A stretch of DNA of 63,424 nt, filler included, from Klebsormidium nitens (taxonomy: Eukaryota > Plantae > Klebsormidiophyceae): the NCBI GenBank assembly GCA_000708835.1. It is 5 parts of 5 records of this genome, joined end to end, with 100 filler letters (N's around TTAATTAATTAA, not from the genome) between each part and the next. Parts side by side here need not be neighbours in the genome. Positions count along the whole stretch, not along the records: positions 1 to 31,191 come from DF237762.1; positions 31,292 to 41,704 come from DF238158.1; 3 more parts are not named here. One strand, given 5' to 3'. The translations under genes were made by a program, and so were the position numbers. Below the pieces are notes generated by a model. That model was not told the origin of the DNA and searched no databases. It saw only the letters and a program-made list of their open reading frames with translations. Below are positions 24,526 through 37,200 of the stretch, piece by piece. Positions within the stretch are counted from its first letter, which is position 1; every line of letters starts with the position of its first letter.

Positions 24526-27500
24526 TCAGCTTTTTGCCCAGGGAATGGGGTCCAGCGGCTCCGGGAGTGCCCGGTGGTCGTTCCGGTCGGTTAGCAATAT
24601 CCCGGCCCACCCGTTAGGGGCCCTCTGCCGGACCACCAGCTTGGCCAGCTGCTTCCCGGCTGCCTTCCAATCCAGAGTTGGCCGCTCGACCGACCCGGTT
24701 AAGGGGAACTGGAGGTTGTAACCGGAGGCAACGGAGGGCACGCGCAACGCAACCTGAAGGGTTGAAAGACGACTTTCTGGTGTTTACAGCCGCTGATCTG
24801 ATCAACGAAAGAAGGATTGTAGGCGACAATATATTCCGGACCGGTGCCGCAAAGCCCGGGGGTAAAACAACGAGATTATAAAGGTCACTTGGCAGCTGCA
24901 ACTTGCGAGGGGGAAAGGTTTGCAATTTAACCGCTTCCTGAGGGGTCTGCGAGTTTTGACTGGCTGACTTAAAGGAGGCTCATGCATGAGATTCGGTACC
25001 CTCACGTTCTGTCAAAAATGGTCAAACGTGTTTAAAAGGCGTACTGGATTCCCATCGATCTTTTTCAACAGTCTGTTCGACGCACAGAATTCGGCGACTT
25101 CCTTCCTCTTCCGGGAATTTTAATCCTTCTATTGTCTGACACGAATCTCGCACTCTGTTATTCGTTTCTCAAGACAGGCACTGGTCAATAGCTCGAAACA
25201 CCAAGAAGACAGATTCGGTTGCCAACTTTGGACATGGACTACAAGGTGCGGACAACGATTGATCACTTCGGCACCGTTCAACAGGTCCAAAGTCAAAACA
25301 TTCGCAACAGGCACGCAAATGGCAGTTCTGCGTTGACCCTTGTTGATCATGTTAGTCAGGATATCCGTGGGAAACACTGGTTGACAAGTTCGCGGATTGA
25401 GTGAAGCTTTCGGACGCACCTTGAGCGTGTCCGCAGGAATCGCAAGAACCATGTCGACGTTGCCCTGCGCCCAGTCCATCGTGCCCCACGTGATCAGATG
25501 CACCTTGTCTGCAACGACGAGACGGAAGTAGAGTTGGAAGACGGCGACGGGGTTAAGATCAACCGAAAAGATCGTTACCAGAGCGACTTTAGAAGCTCGG
25601 GCTCAGCATGATTTGGGCCAGAAGCATGGTGGAGTGAAAATTTCGCGGTTTCTGATGCTTGACGGCTCGAAATCCAGGCAGGTTTTAAATATGGATGCTG
25701 CGCCTTTTGAGGTTTGGTTCGACGTCAGGCTTTTTTGTCACGTCGGTAAAACGCGGAGTAAGATGCGGGAAAGGCTGTTGCGAAGTCCGAGCTGGATAAT
25801 ACTGACATGAGAGACGGTTGAAGACTGATAGAGCATGACCCCACATTTGCGATGGCCCTCAGAGAGTGCGAACAGCTGAAGTCCTGAAGACCTCCAAAAA
25901 AGCTCGGAAGGACACCTCAGACAAAGTATTTACGAAAGAGCTCAGAATTAAGGGCTCGAGAGTCGAAGATGCGTACTCTTCAACTTGCAAAGGGCAAATT
26001 GGAACCTTCTGTTCTTGAACTTGAGCTTCGAAGATCAAGAAGCCGCTCGCTTCCTGTGGGCTGTTATCATCAGGCACACCCGATCAGGGCCAACAACTGA
26101 ACGATCCGGATCCTGACTTCTAGCCAGTCAAGACTCGACACGTGTCGGGCCACGAGCGCGATCCAGCTCCCCACGTGGCAAGCTTGCATCAAAAAATCTT
26201 AAAAATAGAGAGCTCGCTTCAAAAATTCGATCGTTTACGAGTCGCCCGGTGGGATGCCTTACCGCCGATCTGGACGTCCGTCCGGGCGGCCTCGACCCGT
26301 CCGGCGGCGTTCCACGTGGCGCGGATCGCGGACGTCCGCATGGTCAGCGTTTTCCCGGGGCCCTTCTGGCCCAGGAACTCGAGCGCGTTGCTCACCAGGT
26401 CGCCCCGCCCGAGAACCAACGTCATCGGATCGACTTTCAAGCTGCGGAGAAAAAGAAAAGGTCGTAGATTTCGGAGGAGCACCGTGTCCCGCAAGGAGTC
26501 CCTTTAACCACGGGCAGGCAGGACTCGGGCTCTTATTTGGCAAGGGACTAGTGCGCCCGATTGCGGATGCTTACGCTGAAGGACAATTAGAAAAGTTGAT
26601 CGGGTTTCAGATTTGTAAGACCGCGGCTGCACAAAGACAGCAACTCTTGACGTCAAATTGTCGAGGACCGTCACGGACGAGCTGTGCACAACACATGTTA
26701 CACACGCGATTTTGCGGCTGAGGCCTGGACTAGATAGTCCACCGCTGAGGCCTGGACTAGATAGTCCACCGCTGATTTTCGGGTGTGCATAACCATCCGT
26801 GAGTTGGACTCGCACCGGTCTAAAGGGCTTAGTCATACTTTCGAGCCGGGTGCACCGACTATTTTAATTGGAGGGCGGAGGAACATACCGAGTTAGTCAT
26901 GGTCAATTGACTAACTCGGTATGTTCCTCCGCCCTCCAACCAAAACAGTCTCACAGCTGCCAACCCGATATCTGCTGGCAGAGATAGGCCGCTCTTTTCT
27001 TGGATACGAAACCCGAAGGCCAAGGAAGTAAATGCAGGTGAGGGCTGACCTGTACTGGTCACTAGGGAACACCATGTCCTGTGGGCTCGCAAACACCCGG
27101 ACCTGTCCGCTGTTTTGAGTGCCCACCACCCCGGCCAGGAGCGGGTTAAGGCGCGCCAGGAACAGCTGCCCGGTGGCCCGGTTGATCTGCAAAACCGTGC
27201 GTTAGTGGGGTGTTTAGAGCCGGGTCAGAGTAGAATCTTGTTAGGACTTGGATTCTTTGGACCAGATCTCGGAAGTGCTTTCACAAAGAGCTTTCGCGAA
27301 GGATGCGACATGTATTGGGCGACGATCTCTGGCATTGGGCTTGTGAACGTTTGACAGGGGAATGGAGCCGTGCAAAATCTCGTGTAAACAGCTGGGATAG
27401 ACTCGATACAGGCAATCTAGAGCGGCGTCTTCAGTATTAAGCTCTCCCACATGCAGCGCGTAAGTATATTCTATCAGCAATCGATCTGCGAATGATGACA

Positions 27501-29325
27501 AAGAGGCTCTCCGCCAATAACCGATAGCGAAGTTTTCGAAGCACGACGTGACGTGCTTCGCACCGCATCCCCGTTCAAACCCACCGTTCTAGTCGAGCAC
27601 ATTACCTTTTCCCCAACAAAATTCTCGATTTTCGCATGCAGAACCAAGAAGTATCAAAAGGTTCTGGTCACTCACTTCAATATCTGCCTCTAATGGCCTC
27701 GCCAGATGCACCTTCCCCGCCCGCACGTCCACCGCCCCCGCCACCGCCCCCCTAAACTTTTCCGACCTTGCTGCCGCCACAATCGGCACACCCCCCCCGT
27801 TTTTGGGCCTGGCCCCACCCCCCCGGAAGCAATCGCCGCAGCCTCCGGGTCTCTCCTGGCTGCAAAATCACCGGCCGCGATATCTATCTGCACCGAGTCG
27901 CCAGTAAGGGCGGCCGTGTCCCAAGGGACGGTGAATATTGAGTGGGGAAAATTGAGGGATCCCCCTGGCATCTCGATGTTGATTTCCACTTCGACGGGCA
28001 CCTTGTCCGCGGATTTGGGGAGGGGGGTCTCGGTGGGCGTTCTCAGGGGGGACCTGCAGCGGAGAACCATGGGAGGGTTGTAAATTACCAATCACTTTCG
28101 AAAAGAGGTTTCGAAGAGCATAAGAGCAGCGGCAAATCAACAACTGAAGCAAAACGGGAAAACGGAAGGGCGTGAATCTCAATTCAAAAATGCCCTCCAA
28201 AATGTGTACAATGCAAGATGTGGTAAAACCCCGACTGCGGGCATATCTTGGCAAGGGGTTCGGATAAATTCAGGCCGAGGAAACAGTAAGTGAACCCAAG
28301 TGCCTGTACTTATTCTTGAAGTGAGCGTGGAAAATTATATTTGACTACAATAGCCACAGACTCTAACATTCTTTGATGCCATGTACGTCAGAAGTGGTGG
28401 GACGAGAAAGCAAAATCAGTCAAGGGGCTCAAACTGGTCCTTCTTTACGACTTCGATCAACGACCACACCTTTGAGTGCGTTCAAGGTCACGAAACAAAA
28501 GAAAGAAGAGGATCGACTGCACCTCCGATTATTCTGTGGCTTTGTCAGTGCGGCCAGCGCCCGGGGCTCCCCCCCGGTCTCTTCCCGACCAAAATCCACC
28601 CTGAAGCCCTGCACGGTAGTATTCCCCAGGCCGTGCTTCCCTCTCACAATCCCCCACAGACTCGCCTCGCTTTCAATCTGCTTCACAGTCAGCACCTCAG
28701 CTCCCTGTTCGTCGCTCACTTTGACACCGCTGATTTGTATGGGCTGCTTCCATTCTAGTTTTGCAGTCTCCACAGAAACGGTGCCAGGGATGGTGGCGCT
28801 GTAAATAGCGGTCGCGGTTTTGAGGCCCGCCGGAGTGGAAAGTACCCACGGAAGGGAGAAGAGCGAAGCGCTCGCGATCGCGGCGGCGACGACCAGAGCC
28901 ACGCCTAGTTTTTTTGCGACGTTTTGCGCCAGCTGCAAGTATTGCGGCGAAGGGGAGTATTGGGCCGCAGCTCCTGAGCTCTGCCCGGCCCTTATGGGCG
29001 ACTTCGCCGAGCGCTTATGACCAACATTCGAGTTGCTGCTAGAATAAGCTCTTCTCTGGAAAATGGATTGCGCGAATGGAGGCTTCTTCTGCACGCAATG
29101 CGGGCCAGCACCCAACAAACTATTATGTTTTAACGCATAGAAGTGGCTGACAACAGAATGCTGGGCGCGTCGATGAATGCTGTCCAAGAGGGGAGCACTG
29201 CTGAACGCCGCACGAAGCGGCTGACCGACTGGGGCCCCGGCAGTTACTGGCAGCCTGTTCTGAGCTCTCAGGGCTCCTAACCCGTGTGCAAGGCTGCGGC
29301 CGCTCGCCGCAGCCGTCCGACTCAT
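24526..29325 (-). CDS. Organelle-targeted AsmA-like (repeating beta-groove) putative lipid-transfer protein, ~604 aa, 6 exons
   Basis: Exons 29325-28523, 28053-27676, 27186-27050, 26441-26263, 25508-25420, 24753-24526. All phases fit if one base is added to the C8 run at 27791-27798. Features: Arg/Ser/Ala-rich presequence with RRAYS, a TM anchor (LGVALVVAAAIASASLFSLPWVLST), an AsmA-N-like beta region, and C-terminal motifs LARLNPLLAG, RTDVQIGDKVHLITWGTMD, YNLQFPLTGSVERPTLDWKAA, PEPLDPIPW. Confidence 0.75.
26717..26775. repeat. 27-bp tandem repeat x2 with an internal mini-palindrome
   Basis: GCTGAGGCCTGGACTAGATAGTCCACC x2. Each unit contains GGACTA-GA-TAGTCC. Confidence 0.9.
26868..26939. repeat. 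Perfect 32-bp-stem hairpin with an 8-nt loop, in intron 3 of the AsmA-like gene
   Basis: TTGGAGGGCGGAGGAACATACCGAGTTAGTCA at 26868-26899 and its exact reverse complement at 26908-26939. Confidence 0.95.
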
Positions 29326-30997
29326 GGTGGCCTCTTCTTGTGAATATAACGTATGTGTACACCCGGGCAGACTTTGAAAGATAAAATCACATCAACACAA
29401 TCCCGTTCCTCTGAGGATCATGCCAACGTGGTGAAGCGCCCAGCTGAGCAAAGTGTTTTGAGGTTTGATGGCAGATATGGACCTGTGTTTCAGGAGCTGC
29501 CATGTTTTGCTGGGCACTGCATTGCTGCTTCGAGCCCCATTTTGGCATTAGCACTGCAATTTAGCATCCCATACCTAGATCTCACTGCTTGGTAATGGTT
29601 GCCAGAAGCCGGTTAACGGTTCTAGCTGAATCTTCGCCAGAATCTTTTACGCATGCAACCGTCGATGTCTGTTTCAGAACTGCCACGTGATAAGGAGCCG
29701 ACGGTCTGGAAAGCTTGTCGCTCGCGAGCGAGGACCGCAAGTCATAGCGGCTATGATAGCCAGTTTGGACCAAGCTGAAAAGCGGCTCTAAACTCTCCCT
29801 AACTTATCTCACTAAATTCTTAGGTGGGAGATAGGTCTAACACGTCCCTTCATGATGAAGAAAGTGCTCTCGAAATGTCAACAAATGTACTGTGTCGTGA
29901 TCTAAAGAAGACTACCGTACTTTGCTCTGGCAGGAGCTGACAGCGTACCGCGAGCCAATCATTTTACCTACAGTCGCATTAACACGTCAAATGACATTTA
30001 TATGATTTATCTAATAGACGGCAACCAAATAAGGCTCGACATGTGTACAACAAACGGACCACAAACAGACACTGGTCAAAGGCTTTTCCTTTGCATTCTG
30101 CACATCATTTCAGGCAACGTCCTCGAGGACCGGTAAAATTTTGAGTAGGTATTCTTCGGCAGACGTTTTCATCAGCTCCTCCAAATAACAGGAATATTAG
30201 TATACAGCCGGCCTAAGTCCTGCTCTACTGCGCTGCAGAGGTCGCAGGTCGAAGTCACGTCGAAGTCTGACGTGATCGACTTTACAGGAGAAATGCGAAG
30301 TCCGTATACTCTGTCCAAGTTGCAATCGTCGATGTTGTCAATGTTGACGAAGTCAACAGCTGCATTTCCGCAAGTGCTTGGCTGCTGCAAAACGTCGATA
30401 GTGGCCTTTTCAAGCACGGCGGAAGGCACGGCCTTGCCAGCCCGACCTTCCAAAAAGTGCACAAATTTGACAAATAATAGCCAGCTGTATAGCTGTATGT
30501 AACCTACAGTGCATTAAAGTTTGTCCTCGTCTTGTCCTCGTCATCCTGACACATGATACAAAGATACAATAGGTATTGTCCAGCCATCCTAAACATGATT
30601 TTGTGCCTGTCGACTTGTGGACTTGCAGCTAATGCAAGCGGGCTATAGCATAATAGCAATCGCCAGCTCACACTCTTCCACCTCGAGTCTCGACATCAGA
30701 TCTTCGAACTTGACGCAACACCCCGGATTCTGTCCTGTCCCTCTCTCCTTCACGTTGTCTGTGCATATTTTGCGTTTCGAGTACTATTCAATTCGGCCCT
30801 CAACCTAGTCGCTACTTTCTGCAAGCTGCTGGTCAGAAGTCACTCCGAGCGCCCACTACTGCATTCCAGGTCTTCCTCCAGGAGCTGAGCAGCAAACTGT
30901 ACGTCCTGTACATGTGGTGATTCGCTCCATGTGGTGCGCTTCTGAAAGTCAACTGTCTCAGAAAGGCTAGTTTGCCACTGACGAAACGCCAGCTAAC

Positions 30998-31191
30998 ATG
31001 GCCCCCCTCCAAGCAATGCGCGTCCGAGTTATTGGTTTGCCGCTCTGTTTGTCTCTGACCTTCTGCCTGGTTCTTTTAGCCCAGGCGCAAGCGGAGCTCT
31101 CATTGGCAGGCCAGTCTCAGCTGGGCGCCCTCCTAAGGACACGTGTCAGCTCTGGAGGTGCCACGTCAGCACCCGCGCGAAAGCTGCTTGC
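30998..31191 (+). CDS. 5-prime fragment of a probable secreted protein, truncated by the gap
   Basis: ATG at 30998, hydrophobic signal peptide (LCLSLTFCLVLLAQAQA), and an RKLL motif common in green-plant secreted proteins. The frame runs into Ns. Confidence 0.5.
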
Positions 31192-31291
31192 NNNNNNNNN
31201 NNNNNNNNNNNNNNNNNNNNNNNNNNNNNNNNNNNTTAATTAATTAANNNNNNNNNNNNNNNNNNNNNNNNNNNNNNNNNNNNNNNNNNNN
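31192..31291. other. Assembly gap with artificial TTAATTAATTAA linker
   Basis: 100-nt N block with a central linker, identical in all four gaps. Confidence 0.97.
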
Positions 31292-31292
31292 C

Positions 31293-34200
31293 GAGCAGGC
31301 CGCCAGAACGTATGACTACGTGGTAGCTGCGCTCGTGACGGACGGCGCCCATCCGAGGCCGCTGAATTTCCCTCAAGGAGGCACGCTGGAGGCATCGGAG
31401 CAGGCGTATGCGGATGAATGCTTGTCTTCTATTCGAGGTAAGATTTCACGACGTGAGTCTACAACTAGTCGAGAACCTGAGAATCTGGTACCGTCCATTA
31501 ATGTGCCCACATCTTCGTACGGTCTGCCTTTGGGCGTACGAAAAAGCTCTGGTCAAGAACCCTGCAAGTATCGCGCTCGTGTAACAGTCAATGGCCGTCG
31601 TGTCGGATTAGGCGAATATTCGACACGTGCAGAAGCTGCTGCAGCACACGATTTCGTGGCACGTGCAGCTTCAAAACGTTCTAAGTTGAATTATCCTATA
31701 TCTACGACCCTCGAATTGAATGCTGAAGACAGGCAACGTTTAGAGCATATCGTTGCACAACTGATGCCGGCAGCTGAGCAGCCGACAGATGATGACGTCT
31801 CCCAGCTTTCCGACGAACTTGTGCGTGACTTTCGCTTAGCGAGTAACGAAGGCCCTATGTATGTCTGTACAAGTTCATGTCGGCGCACTTGGTTTTCGCA
31901 TTCAGTACGGGGAGTTACCGAAGCTTTGAGAGATCGACTTTCTGTGAGCGAAGCAAACTCGTGGCTGACTGGACGTCTTTCTGTTGGCGGGACTGAATGG
32001 GTATGTTCCACTTGTTACAAGTATTTGGCGAAACGAAGGTGCCCTCCGGGAGCGCCGCCTCGCCAGCCGGACTTTACAAAATTGGATCCGGCGTTGCAAG
32101 GATTGACAAGTATGGAGAATGACTTGATTGCTTTGCGTCTGGCATTTATGAAGATGCGTGGTTTGCCGCCTTCTGTGGCGGGTGGTCCAAGAAAACTGGG
32201 GCAGCTGTCGTTAAAAGGCATGGTTGTGAACGTACCTGCTGATTTAAGCAGAATACAAGTCGCGCTTCCTAGATTTATTGATTCGGAGGGCACTATTCCT
32301 GTTGCTATCAAGTACAAACTTCGAAATAAGGCTTGTTACCGGGCAGCAGAAAACGTGCGTCCGTCCAAATTGCGCGACGCGATAGCTTCTTTGACTATGC
32401 GCCAAACTCTGTGGAGTGAGGCGCATGTGACAGTGCGAGCTGATTGGCTTGCTTCTGCTGGTTCCTCTGATGATTCGAGTCTCCGATGTTCTTCGTTCGA
32501 TAATAATATGCTTGGATTAGAGGGCGGTCTGTTGCCCGACGGATTCGATGCTGCGACTTCATCGTCTGAATCTGATTCTGAATCTGACGATGACAATCAA
32601 TTACCTCCTGAAGAAACTATGTTGCTGGACGTGCCACCGTTTGTGGCTTCGCATGCTTACGGTGTTAGTGTGGCGCCCAGCGAAGGGCAAACTCCGATCG
32701 GAATGCTACAAGATCCGTTTGCGGAAGAGAAAGCCTTCCCGTGTTTATTCAATGGAAATATCAGACCCAGAAGCGAGCAGAGTTATAATAAGGTGTGCAA
32801 ATTTGAATTGACAAACGAAGATCGACGTTTTGCACGCTATCCGAGCAATATTTTCTTTAAACTTCGCAAATTACAAGCTGCAGCTGTGGCCAGTGAATCT
32901 TGGGTACGGTTACGGAAAAAGAAGCTGCCAAATCAAACGTTTCCTACTGCGGGAGAACTTCGAAATCCTAATACGAAGTCTTCTCTACTATCTCAAAATG
33001 TAGGATACCGTGACTTCAAAACTTTACGTGGAAGTCCGGAATACAATCGGCAAGGTAAAAAAGAAGCATTCGCTATGATCCGACAGCTAGGGCCTTTCCA
33101 GATATTCGCAACCTTTACTATGGCAGAGACGCATTGGGGTGCTCTGCTCCGTACCCTATATCAACTAGCAACCGGAGAACTTATATCTGAAGCTACTGCT
33201 GTTAATTTGCCTTGGATCGACAAAGTACGTTTAATAAGAGATGATCCGGTTACAGTTGCTCGTTGCTACTATAACCGCAGGGATCATTTGATCCGGGTAT
33301 TGCTGAAGTATTCATCTCTTATCGGACATATTACGGATTTCTTCTGGCGCGACGAATTTCAACAACGAGGTACGCCTCACACACATGCAGCCTTTTATCT
33401 AGCAGATGCACCGAAATTTGGTATCGACGACGATGACGCGGTTGTAAATTTCATCGACGAGCTTGTCACGTGCTCGTCTACAGCTGTTTCGTCGACTTTG
33501 TTGGCTGGTCAATATCATCATCACAGTCGGGGCTATTGTTTGAAGCGGCGTTCTCTCGACAACAAACGCGTGTGCCGATTTGACTTTCCTCGACCCCCCT
33601 TACATGAAACAATGATTCTGCATCCTCTGCCTGAAAGTCTGTCAGAATCTAGGAAACAAGAATGCGCAAGATATTCGCGACAGATTACGGAAGGCTTAAA
33701 ACATCTAGACTCTGGCAATTCTGATGCCGAACACTGGTCTTGTTCCGACTTCTATTCAAATCTGAGTCTGACACCAGTGGAATATGTACTTGGCTTGCGG
33801 TTCAAACTTGTGAAGCCAACCATCTTTCTTAAGCGACGACCGTGTGAAGTGTACATCAACAATTACAATCCGAAACTTCTAAGACTGCTGGAAGGAACCA
33901 ACATGGATATTCAGTTTGTTTTGGAAGCGTACGCCGCAGCAAATTATATTAGCTCATACATGATGAAGACGGACTACAGATTAAGCAAACTTTTAGACCA
34001 GGCGTACGCTGATGCTCGGCGGGGTAATATGGAATTGCGCCGAAGTATCAGACAGGTTGGCATGACACTATTAAAGGGGCAAGAGATCTCAGCGCAAGAA
34101 GCTGTGTACGGGTGTCTCGGATTGCCTTACAGACATAGTTCCCGGCAGCATGTTTTCATTCCAACAAGTCCACCTGAAAACCGGACGTTGTTGGTGAAAA

Positions 34201-37200
34201 CTGACACTGCGTTGTCTCTTCTTCCGGAAGACTCAACGGAGTGCGTTTATTCGAATATTATTGACAAATACGCGATGCGTTTACAAAATGAAAGCATGCA
34301 AGGGACGGAAAATCTGACGCTAGCGGATTTCGCTGCATGGTATGACCATGGAACGACTGCTGCAAGCGCCCAGGAGAACATAAACGAGGATAGTGTGGAG
34401 TCTGTTACAACCGCGGATCAGACCGTGGCTGTTGAATCCGCTGATACAAGCGATGTCCGTAGCTCTGTCAAGTATCACAGACGTGAAAAAGCGAAAATTA
34501 TACGGTACGTTGGGTTCAGGAAATCAGAAGATCCCGAATTATACTTTCGAGAACGTATTCTGCTATTTCTGCCATGGGTATTCGAAGGTCAGAGTCATCT
34601 CAGCTTAAGCGAAGTAGAAGATCAGATTTTGCTATCGCACTTCGATACTTTTGAAGCTCGATATATGGCTGAAGAAGAAGCAATAATTGCTGCTTCTGCG
34701 CCATACGATTTTCATTCAGATATAGTTTGGAAAGATGTTGAGAAATATGCAGAAACTCGGGCAAGCGAAGATGCAGAATTACTTGATGAACTTTCAGACG
34801 AACGATGCAGCCGCGAACTGAATCCTGAAGTCTCTAATTTAGCGGCGGAAGCTGCTGTCCCCGCAGAATTCACAGTGCCACCAGATTCTGCGTTCGCTGC
34901 AGCGTCGTCGAGCGAAGAGAAGTTGCCGCACTCTCAAATTCTATTAAGCGACGAAGAATTCTATCAGCAGATGCGAATGCTTACGTGTTCGCAACGTGCA
35001 TACGTCGACCACGTGATCCATTGCCTCAAATTTCCAGGTGATCGAAAACTTATCGAATTCCTTACGGGAGGCGCTGGCACAGGCAAAAGCCTGGTCATTC
35101 GCTGCATTACACAATTTATCATACGAACATTTAGCGGTGCCGTAGGCTTACAGCCAACGTCTTTGAAAGTGCTGTTAACTGCTTTCACCGGAAGCGCTGG
35201 CTTTAATATAGATGGAGTTACTATACATTCTGCTTTTCGAATTCCGCTGTATGCAAAGTTGGAGTCGTACATACCTGTGATGGGTGAGAAGCGAGCGGCC
35301 CTTAGAGACGTATACGCTGATTTGAAGGCTTGCGTAGTGGACGAAATTTCTATGACGGGTGCTAAACTTCTTCAAATCATTAACTACCGGTTACAAGAGA
35401 TCTTTGAGTCCGTCGAACCATTCGGCGGACTCCCAATGATTTTCGGTGGCGATTTGTTTCAGCTTAAGCCGTTATGGGACGGCTATGTTTTCGAAGGTAT
35501 ACGAAAAAATGGTGTGATAGTAAGCAACTTATGGGAAGAAAATGTTCGCATGTTTGAACTTACCCAGATTATGCGTCAGAAAGACTGTTTGGAGTTCGCT
35601 CAAGCATTAAACAGATTGCGTACGGGCAGCCATACCGGACAAGACTTGGACCTTTTCCGTACGAGAGTCGTGGATCCCCTCGACTTGCCAACAGACTATT
35701 CGGCTTTTGATAAACACATTTTTGCAACACGGAAGAAACGAGATGCGCATAATAGTTTAGTTCTTCGCTTGACCGGGGGACCTGAATGCACTGTCCGTGC
35801 TAGAGATGAAGCGCTATCATATGGCGTTTCCGCTAGAGATCGAACGCACTTTTTAGTGAAAGCTGAAAGCATGCACGATACTGAAACGGCCACTTTATTC
35901 ACAATCCTACAACTTAAAGTGGGTCTTTTAGTTGAAATAACCTGTAATGTAAACATCCCGGACGGCTTGTACAATGGAGCAATGGGATATGTAAGGCGCT
36001 TCCACGACTTGGGAGGGTCTGAGCCTCATATTATTTGGGTGGAATTCACGGAGCAGCGTATTGGTAGTCGGACTCGTGAAGATTCAGCTAACTTGTACCG
36101 TTTGTGCTCGTCTGTTGATCCCACATGGACGCCAGTATTTCGAATTTCTCGTACGTTTCAGGCCACGCAACGAATTGAAAGCACTATATTGAGAACACAG
36201 TTTCCCTTACGTCCAGCAACAGCCGGAACTTTCTACCACACACAGGGAATGACACTTCAGAAAGGTTCTCTTGATTTCAGAGGTGCTTCGAAGCACCACG
36301 TTGACGCCGGTCGGCATTATGTCGGCCTTAGTCGCTTTCCAAATCTAAACCAATTGTTCATTTTGGATCCCGCATTTGATGAGATAACGGTGAGTACGAA
36401 AGTGATAGCGGAAATGGCACGTTTACGTCAACAAGCTTCTGTTATTCCTTGTATCCCGCAGGTACCTATCAGCCCTGGAGTCGACAGAGAATTACATTTG
36501 ATTCTACATAACGTGCGTTCACTGCGGCTTCACAAATCTGACGTTTTCGCGGATAACAACTTCCACCGTAGCCATGTGCTTGTCTGTACAGAATCTCGGG
36601 CAGCACCATCTTGGCCATTATCGTCTCTCGAACAATCAGACTTTGACGTGTTTCGCGCTGAAAGGGATCCGTCTGCAAGAGACGGATTCGACAACGTTAT
36701 CGTATACGTCTCAAAATCCGGCCATACACTAAGCGCTACTCTTCATTCTGCTGTCAACGATTGTCGTTCGCAGGTGCTCTGCCTTCACATTCGCGGCCGC
36801 CCTTCGCCAGATTTTTACCTAATAAATGTATACAGATCGCCATCCGATTTTTTGGTTCATCGATTTTTAGAATCACTGCAGAAACTCATCGCACAAATCT
36901 TCGAAAGGACGCCACAAGCATCGCCATCTTTCCTTTGTGTAGGAGATTTTAACATAGACCTCTTAAAACCTTCCAGCGAAGCTAACAAACTCACTGATAT
37001 AATGCGTTCTTTCAATGCTCAGCTACTGAACTCCTTGCCAACCACCAACCAGGGCGCTTTGCTCGATCACGTTTGGGCGTCGTCTTCTTTAGCGAATGCA
37101 GGGACCGCAAGAAATTTGGAAGCATATTGGAGCGACCATAGCCCGGTGCATCTCGCATTCCACTGGAGAGCCGACGGAACCTGTGGTTCGCCAAGTTTCA

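Noticed and set aside
24073-24594. 173-aa plus-strand ORF
   Set aside because: Starts at GTG, has no recognisable motif, and overlaps the antisense 3-prime end of the AsmA-like gene.
30172-30462. 96-aa minus-strand ORF with several Cys/Asp residues
   Set aside because: Could be an exon, but I could not link it to other exons or to any motif.
31192-31291. TTAATTAATTAA palindrome as a biological site
   Set aside because: Identical in all four N-gaps; it is a scaffolding linker with stop codons in all frames.
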